Assembly: GCA_031265235.1 (NCBI GenBank)
Contig: JAISCX010000002.1
Span: forward strand, 22,939-86,938
Length of the DNA stretch: 64,000 nucleotides
Direction of reading: 5' to 3'
Source of the DNA: Rickettsiales bacterium
Lineage (GTDB): Bacteria; Pseudomonadota; Alphaproteobacteria; Rs-D84
Positions 27,942 to 37,428 of the stretch are shown here, in pieces. The translations under genes were made by a program, and so were the position numbers. The notes under the pieces are model-generated. The model was not told where the DNA came from. It worked only from the letters and a program-made list of their open reading frames with translations, and made no database searches. How positions within the stretch are numbered: position 1 is the stretch's first letter; each line of letters opens with the position of its first letter.

Positions 27942-28994
27942 ATGACTATTTTTTTAACAATTGTCGGACTGTTGATTGTTCTTGGCATTGTCGTGTTTGT
28001 CCATGAATTGGGGCACTATCTGGCCGCGCGGATTTCCGGCGTCAGGGTAGAGGCTTTTTCGATCGGATTTCGTCCGATACTGCGCTGGAAAGACAGGCGC
28101 GGAACGGAATGGCGTCTGGGCTGGGTTCCGTTCGGCGGATACTGCAACATATACGGTCAGGATATGATGTTCAACCCAAAGGAATATGAAGCGCTGCCAA
28201 AAGAAAAAAAGAAGGGGCATTATTTGTCCGTATCCGCGTGGCGCCGGGCGCTGATTATCGCCGGCGGCGTGATTATGAATTTTGCTTTGGCTTTTGTTAT
28301 TTATTTCGGGATTGCGTGGCTGCGTCCGCAAAACGTCCAGCTGCCCGTGATCGGTCAGGTTATTCAAGGATCAAACGCATACGCCGCCGGCGTCCGGGCG
28401 GGCGACACGGTTGTAAAGATTGACGGCGCAAAAATAGCGAACTGGGGGGATTTGTTGATTGCAAAAGAACTGGCCGGGCGTAAGACTGCGGACATAATTC
28501 TGGTGCGCGGGGAAAATTTGGTGAATGTAAAGATGGCGCCCGCGGAACGTTGGGGCCTGGTTGCGGACGGGGCAAAGACGGAAACGCAAAAGAATAATAT
28601 TTGGCAGGCTGGAATCGCAGGCGCGCGCAAGACATGGAAAGAATCAAAAACAATAGTAATCGTGATAAAGCAGATTATCGCAGGCGAACGTTCCAGCAAA
28701 TCGCTGGGGTCGTTCATAATGATCGCACAGGTGTCGGGCCAGGCTTTGGCGGCCGGGTTTGTCGCGCTGTTGTCAATCATCGCGCTGTTGTCTGTGAATC
28801 TGGGGGTGATTAATCTTTTGCCTTTGCCGGTTTTGGACGGGGGGTATTTATTGGTTTTGGCGGTCGAAGGAATAACGCGGCGCAAGCTGCAGGGCAAGGC
28901 GATGGAATACGTCTGGATCGGCGGATGGGTTTTGATCGGCCTTTTGTTTGCGCTTACCATGAAGAACGATATATTCAGGGTGCTGGGGTTGTAA
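27942..28994 (+). CDS. rseP: RIP zinc metalloprotease RseP (M50)
   Basis: HELGHY motif in TM1, PDZ-like segment, LDGG motif. Confidence 0.85.
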   Translation: MTIFLTIVGLLIVLGIVVFVHELGHYLAARISGVRVEAFSIGFRPILRWKDRRGTEWRLGWVPFGGYCNIYGQDMMFNPKEYEALPKEKKKGHYLSVSAWRRALIIAGGVIMNFALAFVIYFGIAWLRPQNVQLPVIGQVIQGSNAYAAGVRAGDTVVKIDGAKIANWGDLLIAKELAGRKTADIILVRGENLVNVKMAPAERWGLVADGAKTETQKNNIWQAGIAGARKTWKESKTIVIVIKQIIAGERSSKSLGSFIMIAQVSGQALAAGFVALLSIIALLSVNLGVINLLPLPVLDGGYLLVLAVEGITRRKLQGKAMEYVWIGGWVLIGLLFALTMKNDIFRVLGL

Positions 28995-29009
28995 AATTAA
29001 GAATTTAAA

Positions 29010-29037
29010 TTTGACACGGCGCGTGTTAAATGTATAA
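29010..29037 (+). promoter_or_regulatory. near-consensus sigma70 promoter TTGACA-N16-TATAAT (TGn extended -10)
   Basis: ttgacacggcgcgtgttaaatgtataat about 40 bp upstream of the AAGGAGG RBS of the small lipoprotein gene. Confidence 0.5.
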
Positions 29038-29077
29038 TCTCGGCGGGTTGAATTTAATAAAACCAAGGAGGAATCCA

Positions 29078-29215
29078 ATGAAAAAATTATTGCTACTGAC
29101 CCTGGCGGTCGTCGGTCTGTCTGCATGCACGGGTGCGTATAGGCAAGGCAACTGCGATTATCATTATCTGATTCATCCGCAGATTTCCATCACTCGCTTG
29201 GTGGGATGTCAGTAA
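29078..29215 (+). CDS. small lipoprotein (45 aa)
   Basis: MKKLLLLTLAVVGLSAC lipobox; strong RBS. Confidence 0.35.
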   Translation: MKKLLLLTLAVVGLSACTGAYRQGNCDYHYLIHPQISITRLVGCQ

Positions 29216-29352
29216 AACCGCCCTTTGGGCAATTTTGTTTTGCCTTGCAAAGTGTGTTAATTACGATATTAAATCAACAAAGTTAATGTTCGGGGTATGG
29301 AAAGCCCCATGCGTGCAGTGCGTTTGCCGCGTCATAAAATTATGAAATCAAA

Positions 29353-30207
29353 ATGTTACCAAAGATATCAATAATCACGATTTGCTATAACGAACCGCAG
29401 GTGCGCGGCACCTGCGAGAGCGTGGCGTCCCAGACATACAAGAACTATGAATGGATTGTCATAGACGGCGGCAGCGGCCCCGACACGCTGGCCGTGTTCG
29501 ACCGATATAAATTTATTATGTCGCACTTTGTTTCAGAAAAAGATGACGGGGTATATGATGCTATGAACAAGGGCATCCGCGCGGCGACGGGCGAATACAT
29601 CATATTCATGAACGCGGGCGACCGATTTTACCATAACGAAGTCCTTGCCCGCGTCGTGGAATTCATGGAAAGCAATCGATCGGATATAATCTATGGCAGC
29701 GTCGTCACATCCGGCAAGGGGGAAATACATTCATACATTCGCGTTCCAGTCAAAGACATTCAGGGCGGTTTTTTCTGGTTCTATGGCAATTTGCCGCACC
29801 AAGGCGAATTTTTCCGCCGCGAATTGTTTGATAAATTCGGATATTATCGGACCGACAGAAAAATTTACAGCGACTGGATCGAAAATTTAACATTTTTTCG
29901 CAAAGGATGCAGCTTTACTTTTGTTGATACAATCATTGCCGAGTACAACAATGAAGGCATATCGTCCATGCACAAGGATATGCTGCCGAATTTGGAAAGC
30001 GCGCTGTTGCATGCGGAATTCTGGCCGGAAATGAATTATCTAAAGCATCCGTGGCTTGTCTATCTGCTGGCCAGATTGAAATACAGGCTTACGCGTGATA
30101 AAAAATACAGATGGCTATCGCGCATGGCAAAGCGGTATGCCCGCGCATGCAGGCGGTATCCGGCGATGCATGGGATGGCGCTTGAAATGATGGGGGATAA
30201 AAAATGA
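29353..30207 (+). CDS. family 2 glycosyltransferase
   Basis: ISIITICYNEP...VIDGGS...DAMNKG GT2 N-terminal motifs. Confidence 0.75.
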   Translation: MLPKISIITICYNEPQVRGTCESVASQTYKNYEWIVIDGGSGPDTLAVFDRYKFIMSHFVSEKDDGVYDAMNKGIRAATGEYIIFMNAGDRFYHNEVLARVVEFMESNRSDIIYGSVVTSGKGEIHSYIRVPVKDIQGGFFWFYGNLPHQGEFFRRELFDKFGYYRTDRKIYSDWIENLTFFRKGCSFTFVDTIIAEYNNEGISSMHKDMLPNLESALLHAEFWPEMNYLKHPWLVYLLARLKYRLTRDKKYRWLSRMAKRYARACRRYPAMHGMALEMMGDKK

Positions 30208-31079
30208 CACCGAAAATATCAGTATGCATGCCGGTTTACAATACGCCGGAAAAATATCTGCGCCAAGCGATTGACAGCATTCTGGCGCAGACTTTCACGG
30301 ATTGGGAATTTCTGATTCTGAATGATTCGCCGGACAATCACGACATAGACCGCGTGGTTGAATCATATTCCGACCCGCGTATTAAATTATTTAGAAACGA
30401 AAGGAACATGGGCATAGGGTATTCGCGCGACAGGCTTTTCGGTCTGGCGTCGGGCGAATACATGGCGATAATGGACAGCGACGATTGTTCTTATCCGATA
30501 CGGCTGGCAAAGCTGTCCGATTATCTGGACAATAATCCAAGCGTTGATGTCGTCAGCGCCCAGGCGGATGTTGTTGACGGTGAAGATAAATACATACGGA
30601 CGACCGATTATCCGTCCGGCGATTTGGATATCAAGACGCTGCTTTTAACGGAATGCTGCATCGTGAATTCTTGCGCGATGATAAGAAAGTCGGTCATGAC
30701 CGACAACGGCGTTCATTACGAATGTGAATTCAACTGGGCCGAAGATTACCGCCTTTGGTGCAGGCTGATAGAATTCGCCAGATTTCATAATATCCAGGAA
30801 CCGCTGCACAAATACCGATGGCATCAAGGAAACACCAGCCATCTGCGCAACGAGTTGCAGATGGCCGATTTCGAAGCGGTCGTGTTCGCGGCCATGACGG
30901 CGTATCCGGCGCTGTATATGCGGAACATGCTCCAGAAATTAGACATGCTTATACCCGCGGAAAAAATCGCGCGCGTGCGGCTGCTTGGAATACCATTTTT
31001 GAAGATAAAGAAACGCGGCATCCGAACCAAGGTATATTTGTTCGGATTCATTCCTATCTTGAAAATAAAGCGGAAATAA
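30204..31079 (+). CDS. family 2 glycosyltransferase
   Basis: ISVCMPVYNTPEKYL...DSDD GT2 motifs; 4-bp overlap with the upstream GT2 gene. Confidence 0.75.
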   Translation: MTPKISVCMPVYNTPEKYLRQAIDSILAQTFTDWEFLILNDSPDNHDIDRVVESYSDPRIKLFRNERNMGIGYSRDRLFGLASGEYMAIMDSDDCSYPIRLAKLSDYLDNNPSVDVVSAQADVVDGEDKYIRTTDYPSGDLDIKTLLLTECCIVNSCAMIRKSVMTDNGVHYECEFNWAEDYRLWCRLIEFARFHNIQEPLHKYRWHQGNTSHLRNELQMADFEAVVFAAMTAYPALYMRNMLQKLDMLIPAEKIARVRLLGIPFLKIKKRGIRTKVYLFGFIPILKIKRK

Positions 31080-31435
31080 TAAAGTTGTTGGAAAAAACGT
31101 CCGCCGGTTTTCCTGCGGAATGTATTCGGCACAAATTACGGCCGCAGCGTTCCGGTTGTCAGAATTCCCGAATGAATCCGCATTTTGCCAAGGCGAGGAT
31201 GGTTGAAACACGCATTCCCATGGAATGCTTGTTTTTTTATATTGATTTTCTGCAAGAACTGGTATATGCTTATCGTCGCCGACGGGAATTCCGGCGGCGG
31301 GGCATCAAAACCTCTCTTATAACGAAGCGCGCGGTCGTTATCGTGCGAATTGTTCTCCAATCACTGCGGTTGGAGGGCGGCGAATAAGGCTATGCCAAAT
31401 AAGCTCGCTATTTTATAAGATAGTTTTGAACCTCC

Positions 31436-31461
31436 AACCACCCTTTTAAAGGTGGTTTTTT
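31436..31461 (+). terminator. intrinsic terminator (family G conserved module TGAACCTCCAACCACC..GGTGGTTTTTT)
   Basis: aaccacc-ccttttaaa-ggtggtt hairpin plus T6; near-identical module in opposite orientation at 62461-62490. Confidence 0.55.
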
Positions 31462-31485
31462 CATTACGAAAAAAAGGGGGACAAA

Positions 31486-32061
31486 ATGAAAATATTACCG
31501 GTCATCGCGGCCGTGACGGTCTGTGCGGCCATTCTGCCGCAACGTGCGTCCGGCGCGATTTGTTCGTCCACACAGGAATGGACGGCCTGTACGTCACCGA
31601 CGGCATACTGCGGGTCCGACGAAAGTAGCTGTCACAAAATTAATTGCAGAGAATCCAGCAGCAGTTCCATCAACTGCTATTGCCTCGGCAGTAAATTTAG
31701 CTGCATTGACGAAGTCATAATATGCAACGCGAACTGCCCGCCCGATTCATGGGAGTCTTATGATACCAGCCACGAACGACGGGCAACATACTCTCCGAAT
31801 GTGAAAAATTATTGCAGCTGCGCGTTAAAAAAATACATATACCGCTGCAAGGCTGGATATTACGGCGACATGGAAACGGATGACGCCGGGACCTGTACGC
31901 GATGCCCCAGTATGACCGATTCAGGCGGCACAGCGCGCTATGGGATGAATACGGCCGGTGCCAATGCAAATGTGACGAGTTGTCTTATGTCGTCGTCATA
32001 CACATTTTCTGATGGCGCGGGGACATACAAGTTTGGCGCCGATTGCCAATACGCGAACTGA
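31486..32061 (+). CDS. secreted cysteine-rich protein
   Basis: Signal peptide, then 191 aa with more than 20 Cys (CxxC and CxC patterns); no family recognised. Confidence 0.5.
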   Translation: MKILPVIAAVTVCAAILPQRASGAICSSTQEWTACTSPTAYCGSDESSCHKINCRESSSSSINCYCLGSKFSCIDEVIICNANCPPDSWESYDTSHERRATYSPNVKNYCSCALKKYIYRCKAGYYGDMETDDAGTCTRCPSMTDSGGTARYGMNTAGANANVTSCLMSSSYTFSDGAGTYKFGADCQYAN

Positions 32062-32111
32062 TCCAGTCACAAAGGGCAGGGGGACGCATATCCGGCGCCG
32101 GCAAACAAATT

Positions 32112-32387
32112 TCACTTTATAACGGCGCTTTTAATCATGGTAATGTCTTCTTTTATTACATCCAGTTTTAATTGCAACTGACCCAACCCTGATTCCAGTG
32201 TCGCGACGCGCGATTCCAGCGCGGCGGCCCGCGCTTCCAATTTTTGAATGTCTGTCAGCGAAGAATCATGCTTGGCGGCCCAGTAAATCGCGGTTCCGAC
32301 GAATACTATCAGAAACCATGAATTGCGCAGCAGATCAAGCAGCGCGCCCGCCGCCGCCGGTCCCGTTTGTTTTATTTCCTTAACCAT
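32112..32387 (-). CDS. small membrane/coiled-coil protein (phage-like)
   Basis: One TM helix plus an ALESRVATLESGLGQLQ heptad coiled coil. Confidence 0.3.
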   Translation of the reverse strand: MVKEIKQTGPAAAGALLDLLRNSWFLIVFVGTAIYWAAKHDSSLTDIQKLEARAAALESRVATLESGLGQLQLKLDVIKEDITMIKSAVIK

Positions 32388-32601
32388 TTTTCCCTCTTTC
32401 TATCAATGCTTTCATCTGGTGAACCAGTGCCCTTTGCCCTTCCAGTGCGCGAAGCTGGGCTTCTGTTGCATCCGGTCCCAGAAAGCGTTCTATGGTAATA
32501 TCGCGCAGGTGGGCCATCACCCGCGCGCCGTCCGAACCGCGAAATGTTTTTGCGTATGATTGTTCAATATCCGTCATGATTGTTTCCTTTTTTGTTTGCA
32601 A
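32380..32601 (-). CDS. small hypothetical protein
   Basis: 73-aa ORF with overlapping start/stop with the downstream gene. Confidence 0.25.
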   Translation of the reverse strand: MQTKKETIMTDIEQSYAKTFRGSDGARVMAHLRDITIERFLGPDATEAQLRALEGQRALVHQMKALIERGKNG

Positions 32602-32879
32602 TTTTTGCGAAATTAAGTATAGTTAATCCGAATCCAAATGAATTTGGGTTCGGGACCTTTAGAAAGTCCTATATAGTGGCGGCGCGAAAGTGCCGGTATC
32701 CGTACATGGTGCTTTTGCGCCGGATCTGTGTCCCGACATCGGTCGGGAAGCTGTTGGCTATAAAACAGGTATTGCCAAAAGCCACAGGGTCATTCCACTA
32801 TATGATTTTCTAAACTTCCCGACCGCCAATTCATTGGCGGTTTTTGCGCATCAGAGAGAGAAAGCCGAAGGGCAGTCAG

Positions 32880-33764
32880 ATGAAAGCGTATCTTGATCAA
32901 TGCCGGTATATTCTTGATAACGGCATAAAAAGAATGGACAGAACCGGAACCGGGACTTTGGATTGTTTCGGATATCAGGCCAGGTATGACCTGTCCGATG
33001 GATTTCCCATCGTAACCACAAAAAAATTATTTCTCAAAGGCGTGATATTCGAATTGTTGTGGTTTATCAAGGGAGAGACAAACATAAAATATCTTGTTGA
33101 TAACGGCGTTCACATCTGGGACGAATGGGCGGATCAGGACGGAAACCTGGGCGATGTTTACGGTCGCCAGTGGCGTTCATGGCCGACCGCGGACGGCCGT
33201 CATATAGACCAGCTGCAAGACGTTGTCGGTCAAATAAAAAATAATCCGGATTCCCGGCGCATGATTGTCAATTCCTGGAATGTAGGGGAAATTTCCAAGA
33301 TGGCATTGCCCCCGTGCCATATGATTTTCCAATTTTATGTTCTTGACGGCAAATTGTCATGCCAGCTTTATCAGCGCAGCTCTGACATGTTTCTTGGTGT
33401 TCCATTTAACATTGCGTCTTATGCCTTGCTGACCCAGATGGTTGCCCAGGTTTGCAATCTGGAACTGGGCGATTTCGTTCATACATTCGGCAGCCATCAT
33501 ATTTATTTGAATCACATAGACCAGGTAAAACAACAGCTGGGCCGAAAGCCATATCCATTGCCGATCATGAAAATCAATCCGGATGTCCGGGACATAACGG
33601 AATTCAGATTAGAAGACTTTGAACTGGGGTATGGCAGCGCCGCAGAAAAAGAACTGGCAGAAAATTATGGGGATGACGCCAATTATCAAAAATACAGGGA
33701 ATCAGCCCGATCGAGATTCAACTATGTATGTCATCCGCGTATAAAAGGGGATGTTTCAAAATGA
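32880..33764 (+). CDS. thyA: thymidylate synthase
   Basis: [15 protein letters not shown]...RTGTGT...[12 protein letters not shown] motifs; the track ORF starts at a TTG at 32844. Confidence 0.9.
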   Translation: MKAYLDQCRYILDNGIKRMDRTGTGTLDCFGYQARYDLSDGFPIVTTKKLFLKGVIFELLWFIKGETNIKYLVDNGVHIWDEWADQDGNLGDVYGRQWRSWPTADGRHIDQLQDVVGQIKNNPDSRRMIVNSWNVGEISKMALPPCHMIFQFYVLDGKLSCQLYQRSSDMFLGVPFNIASYALLTQMVAQVCNLELGDFVHTFGSHHIYLNHIDQVKQQLGRKPYPLPIMKINPDVRDITEFRLEDFELGYGSAAEKELAENYGDDANYQKYRESARSRFNYVCHPRIKGDVSK

Positions 33765-34447
33765 AAAACGCAATGATTATCGCCGTTGAAGGTGCAGACC
33801 GCGCGGGAAAAGCAACCCAGGTCAGAAATATAATGAATTATCTGCATGGCCAAAATATTATGGCTCAAACATTGGATTTTCCACAATACAATGCATACTT
33901 TGGAAAATTTGCAAAAGATTATCTTAATGGAAAATATGGACATTTCCGCGATCTGCCGGCTGAATATGCAATGATGCCGTATGCGCTTGACAGACTGCAA
34001 CACCAGCCGTTGATAAAGGAATGGTTGGATTCCGGCGCATGGATAGTTCTTGATAGATATTCTTATTCCAATATTTTCAGCGTTGCAAAATGTCCGCACG
34101 AAAATTGGGAAGAAAAAATAAATTACCTGGAAGATTTGGAATTCAATCAGCTTGGCCTTTTGCGTCCGGATTACAACTTTTATTTATATCTGCCGCCGGA
34201 AATATCATATCAACTGCGCAATATCGGTGGCAAAGCGGCAGATATGGGAAAGACCGATATTCATGAAGCAGATTTCAGCTTGCAGCGCAATACAACGGAA
34301 GCATACAAATACCTGACCGAGCGGCGCCCGCAAGAATGGTCTTTCATAGACCAGATGCAAGGTGACGTGCGTCTATCTGCAGATCAGGTATTCGTCCAAA
34401 AAATCCAGCCGATAATAGACCGGCTTACAAGGGCCAGGGGTGAATAA
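33761..34447 (+). CDS. tmk: thymidylate kinase-like P-loop kinase
   Basis: [15 protein letters not shown]-loop, DRY-like box; start ATG overlaps the thyA stop (ATGA). Confidence 0.55.
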   Translation: MKNAMIIAVEGADRAGKATQVRNIMNYLHGQNIMAQTLDFPQYNAYFGKFAKDYLNGKYGHFRDLPAEYAMMPYALDRLQHQPLIKEWLDSGAWIVLDRYSYSNIFSVAKCPHENWEEKINYLEDLEFNQLGLLRPDYNFYLYLPPEISYQLRNIGGKAADMGKTDIHEADFSLQRNTTEAYKYLTERRPQEWSFIDQMQGDVRLSADQVFVQKIQPIIDRLTRARGE

Positions 34448-34465
34448 TATTCACCTCTTTGATAT

Positions 34466-35839
34466 TTAAGCGTTCAGCAATTGTTCCGGTATGTGCATCG
34501 CGTTCGCCAGATATTCTATCGTTGCAGGTTTGTTGATAGAGTCCGCGAATCCCGCGGTGTCCGCCGCCGACAGCCATGATAGAATTTGCGCCGCGCGTTC
34601 GTCCGCGGCCAGCTGGGCGATCGGCGCTATATAGCACAGCCGCGCGTCAGAGTTCAGCGATATGGGATCAATGATTCCGCGGCGCGCCAATATCGCAAGT
34701 CCGCGTTCGCAAAGCGGCCGGATCAGTTCATGCAAAATTCGTCCATATGTCGCGCCCAGCACCCGCATCATGTCCGTATTTCGCGCGATGATTTCCGTTG
34801 CGGTCATCTCCTTGTCGGACAAAGCGCCAAGTCGGTCGGCAAGCAGCGCGTGGCGAATCCGCGCGCGCAGATCGGACAGCACCAGCTGCGATACATCAAA
34901 ATCCGCGCCGGAACGCAGCGGGGTCAGACCGCTGGAACCGACGGCTTTCGGAATAATGGCGCCGGGCGTCAGGTTGATGTTGGAAAGGTTTATTACGCCG
35001 TCGTCGTCCGCCTGCCAGATTCCGCTGACCGCTATGGTTGCGTTTTTCAGGACTAATTCGACCACCTTGTTCGCAGTCTTGATATCGGGCAGCGCGCGCA
35101 TGACCGGGCTGCGGCCGTATGCTTCGCCGGCCGCCGCCGACCAGCGGAAAATCAGATACGGGCACTGTTCGAACCGGCCGTTCGCGACAATATTGTTTTC
35201 CATTTCGCCATCGGTATCTATCCATGCGGAAAAATTAAATCCATTCGCGGCCGACTGAACGCATTGCACCAGTCGAAGCTGCGTTTCCGGATTTTGCTTA
35301 ATGCCGTCGGCCAGATTTTTTGGCGGGGTCCATGACGGATATTTTTCCAAAACGTCCGCCGCGGACATCGACGTGGTGTGAAATATTGCCGTCAAATCGC
35401 CCGGCCCGTTGCGCAGGACGGAAATATCCGTCATGGGTATCGCGGTAAAGTTAAACGCGCTTGTGGCAGCAATGGGGTTTTCCGAAAAGAACAGGCATGC
35501 GGTCCCAAGAATCGCCATATCCAGATAGCATTGATGAATCGTGGTGTAAAAATTAGAATCGTTCAAATGACGGCGCAGCGCTGTTGTCGCCGCATCCGGG
35601 TCTGGCGATAATTCGGAAGCGCGCGCCAGCGATACCCAACAGGATTCCGGCGGGGTAAGCAGGCTGAACATATTCGCGGCCAGCATATCCACGGCGTCGG
35701 CGGCCGTTGCGTCAAACAGCCGCGCGTTGTCATCATCGGTCGCAGGCATGGTATATCGCGCGCATTCGGCCCATCGGCGCATGACTGCATCCCGTCCGGC
35801 AAGCGATTGTTTGTAAAGGTTTTGTAAATTTTTGTTCAT
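34466..35839 (-). CDS. T7-like head-to-tail connector (portal) protein
   Basis: N-terminal pattern R..W..CARYTMP...LFD..AADAVDMLAANMFSLLTPPESCWVSL parallels T7 gp8 ERLKNDRAPYETRAQNCAQYTIP...LFP..W. Confidence 0.65.
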   Translation of the reverse strand: MNKNLQNLYKQSLAGRDAVMRRWAECARYTMPATDDDNARLFDATAADAVDMLAANMFSLLTPPESCWVSLARASELSPDPDAATTALRRHLNDSNFYTTIHQCYLDMAILGTACLFFSENPIAATSAFNFTAIPMTDISVLRNGPGDLTAIFHTTSMSAADVLEKYPSWTPPKNLADGIKQNPETQLRLVQCVQSAANGFNFSAWIDTDGEMENNIVANGRFEQCPYLIFRWSAAAGEAYGRSPVMRALPDIKTANKVVELVLKNATIAVSGIWQADDDGVINLSNINLTPGAIIPKAVGSSGLTPLRSGADFDVSQLVLSDLRARIRHALLADRLGALSDKEMTATEIIARNTDMMRVLGATYGRILHELIRPLCERGLAILARRGIIDPISLNSDARLCYIAPIAQLAADERAAQILSWLSAADTAGFADSINKPATIEYLANAMHIPEQLLNA

Positions 35840-35898
35840 AATGTTTCCTTTGTGGTTGGTTGTTTTTTCTATTGCAAATACGGAAATATTGGTTTAAT

Positions 35899-36060
35899 AT
35901 TGCCCGCACGGGCATATGGCGGAATCCGAGTATATGAGAACAAGCATAGCGAAGTTCGAATAAATACGAGGATACGCGCAGATGCGAAGCGTCAAGCGAA
36001 TTGGTAGACGCGCCGCGGATTTTCACCGAGCATAGCGAGGGTTGAAAATCCAGCGAGTTT
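35899..36060 (+). pseudogene. fragmented duplicate of the tRNA-Leu(CAG) 5' half
   Basis: cgggcatatggcggaat at 35898-35914 and gaattggtagacgcgc at 35998-36013 reproduce tRNA-Leu positions -1..30; they are separated by a 73-nt insert flanked by duplicated gaat; gcgaag-type short repeats follow. Confidence 0.45.
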
Positions 36061-36065
36061 TTATC

Positions 36066-36150
36066 GGGCATATGGCGGAATTGGTAGACGCGCTAGTTTC
36101 AGGTACTAGTGGGGCGACCCTTGGAAGTTCGAGTCTTCTTATGCCCACCA
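36066..36150 (+). tRNA. tRNA-Leu (anticodon CAG)
   Basis: 85 nt with long variable arm, anticodon stem ctagt/actag with loop TTCAGGT, CCA encoded. Confidence 0.85.
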
Positions 36151-36209
36151 AATTATTATAACGGCACATCTGCGCCATTCTAATAATTTTAAAACCATTT
36201 TATAGTTTC

Positions 36210-36285
36210 GGGGTTGTAGCTCAGTTGGTAGAGCGCTACGTTCGCATCGTAGAGGTCGAGAGTTCGAGTCTCTTCAGCTCCACCA
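36210..36285 (+). tRNA. tRNA-Ala (anticodon CGC)
   Basis: Acceptor and T arms identical to tRNA-Ala(GGC); anticodon loop TTCGCAT. Confidence 0.85.
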
Positions 36286-36288
36286 GGA

Positions 36289-36358
36289 TCAAAGTTGAAA
36301 GCAAAAGATAAAAGCTGAAATATTTCAACTTTCAACTCTCTGCTTTCAATTTTCTTTT
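36289..36358. repeat. palindromic heptamer-repeat element, family D (GTTGAAAG/CTTTCAAC)
   Basis: agttgaaagcaaaagataaaagctgaaat ... tttcaactttcaactctctgctttcaa between two tRNAs. Confidence 0.6.
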
Positions 36359-36360
36359 TC

Positions 36361-36447
36361 GGGGATATGGCGGAACGGTAGACGCTGAGGACTTAAAATC
36401 CTTTGGTTATTGCAACCGTGTGGGTTCAAGTCCCACTATCCCCACCA
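36361..36447 (+). tRNA. tRNA-Leu (anticodon TAA)
   Basis: 87 nt with long variable arm, anticodon loop CTTAAAA, CCA encoded. Confidence 0.8.
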
Positions 36448-36536
36448 TTTTTTTCTAAAATCTCATATTCCGGCCGATTGAACGCGCCAAAGGGGCATCT
36501 TTGGACAAGCTTTGATATGGTATTTATGCACGGGTA

Positions 36537-37382
36537 TCACACTTTAAAATCCGTGGCGGCGCGCAGCGGCAGAAACATCTGTCCGCGGGGGCGTATGGCG
36601 ATCGGCGTCATGCGGAGCGCGCCTGCGACCGCATCCAGACCATCATCGTGGTTCGCCCCGGCAACAGGCAGCCATTCTTCCATTTCCGCAATCAGCCTTG
36701 TCCGCCGCACGCGTTCGTGCGCGTAAAGGCGTCCCGTGGCCAGCAATGGTTCTATGGCGTCCAGGATGCGCTTTTCCTTGTTTTCGCGGTTTATTATTTT
36801 CTGAATTGCAATCGGCCGGCCTTTTGCGATCGCTGCGCCGCGCAAAATTTCAGGCAGCGCGTTTCCAATGCCGTTGACTTCTATGGCAATATTTCGTTGC
36901 CCATATTGTCCGAGAAAATCTAAAACCCGTCCGCATTGCGTCGCGAAAGGATGCAGATCGTCGGCGCCGGTCGCCAGATATTTTATGTCGTGAATAAAAG
37001 CGCGTCGGTTTTTATCGTCGCGGAATATTATGGCGCAAACGCTGCTGTCTGCGCCATCTTTTGCGCTTGACGGGTCCCAATATGCCGCGATACCGGTTAT
37101 TTGCAGGGGCGCATTTCCATGCATACTTGCGTCTATATGCGCCATTTGCGGATTGAATTCGCCATCATAGAACCGCAATGCGCCCGGATCCAAACGCGCG
37201 CGGTCTTCGGATATGAATTCCAGCATCATTTGCGATGAAAAATACCGCGGCCCCGCGGTTTCGCGCAAACGATCGATCTTTTCAATCGGAAAGACTTCGG
37301 GCCACGCGGACGCGCCTTTGTCATTCACGATCGGAATGCGCATCATGCGAAAGCCTTTCAGGAATGGTTGTTCGTTTGGCAT
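36537..37382 (-). pseudogene. T7-like terminase large subunit, C-terminal nuclease fragment
   Basis: RNaseH-like nuclease motifs (IDASMHG..., SVCAIIF, NHDDGLDAVAG); aligns with T7 gp19 from about residue 215; in-frame stop 5 codons upstream of the ATG. Confidence 0.8.
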
Positions 37383-37428
37383 ATGGGAATTCTTTTATTG
37401 TTATTTGTCCGAAAGCAATTTATAATCA

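Noticed and set aside
30818-31387. 189-aa plus-strand ORF and 74-102-aa minus ORFs in the 31.08-31.42 kb gap
   Set aside because: Arg-rich, low-complexity translations with no start context. The region is more likely noncoding or decayed sequence between the GT2 genes and the Cys-rich gene.
34586-35258. Plus-strand ORFs overlapping the portal gene (34586-35056, 34662-35258)
   Set aside because: They are antisense to an ORF with clear T7 gp8 homology and have Arg/Ser-rich artefactual composition.
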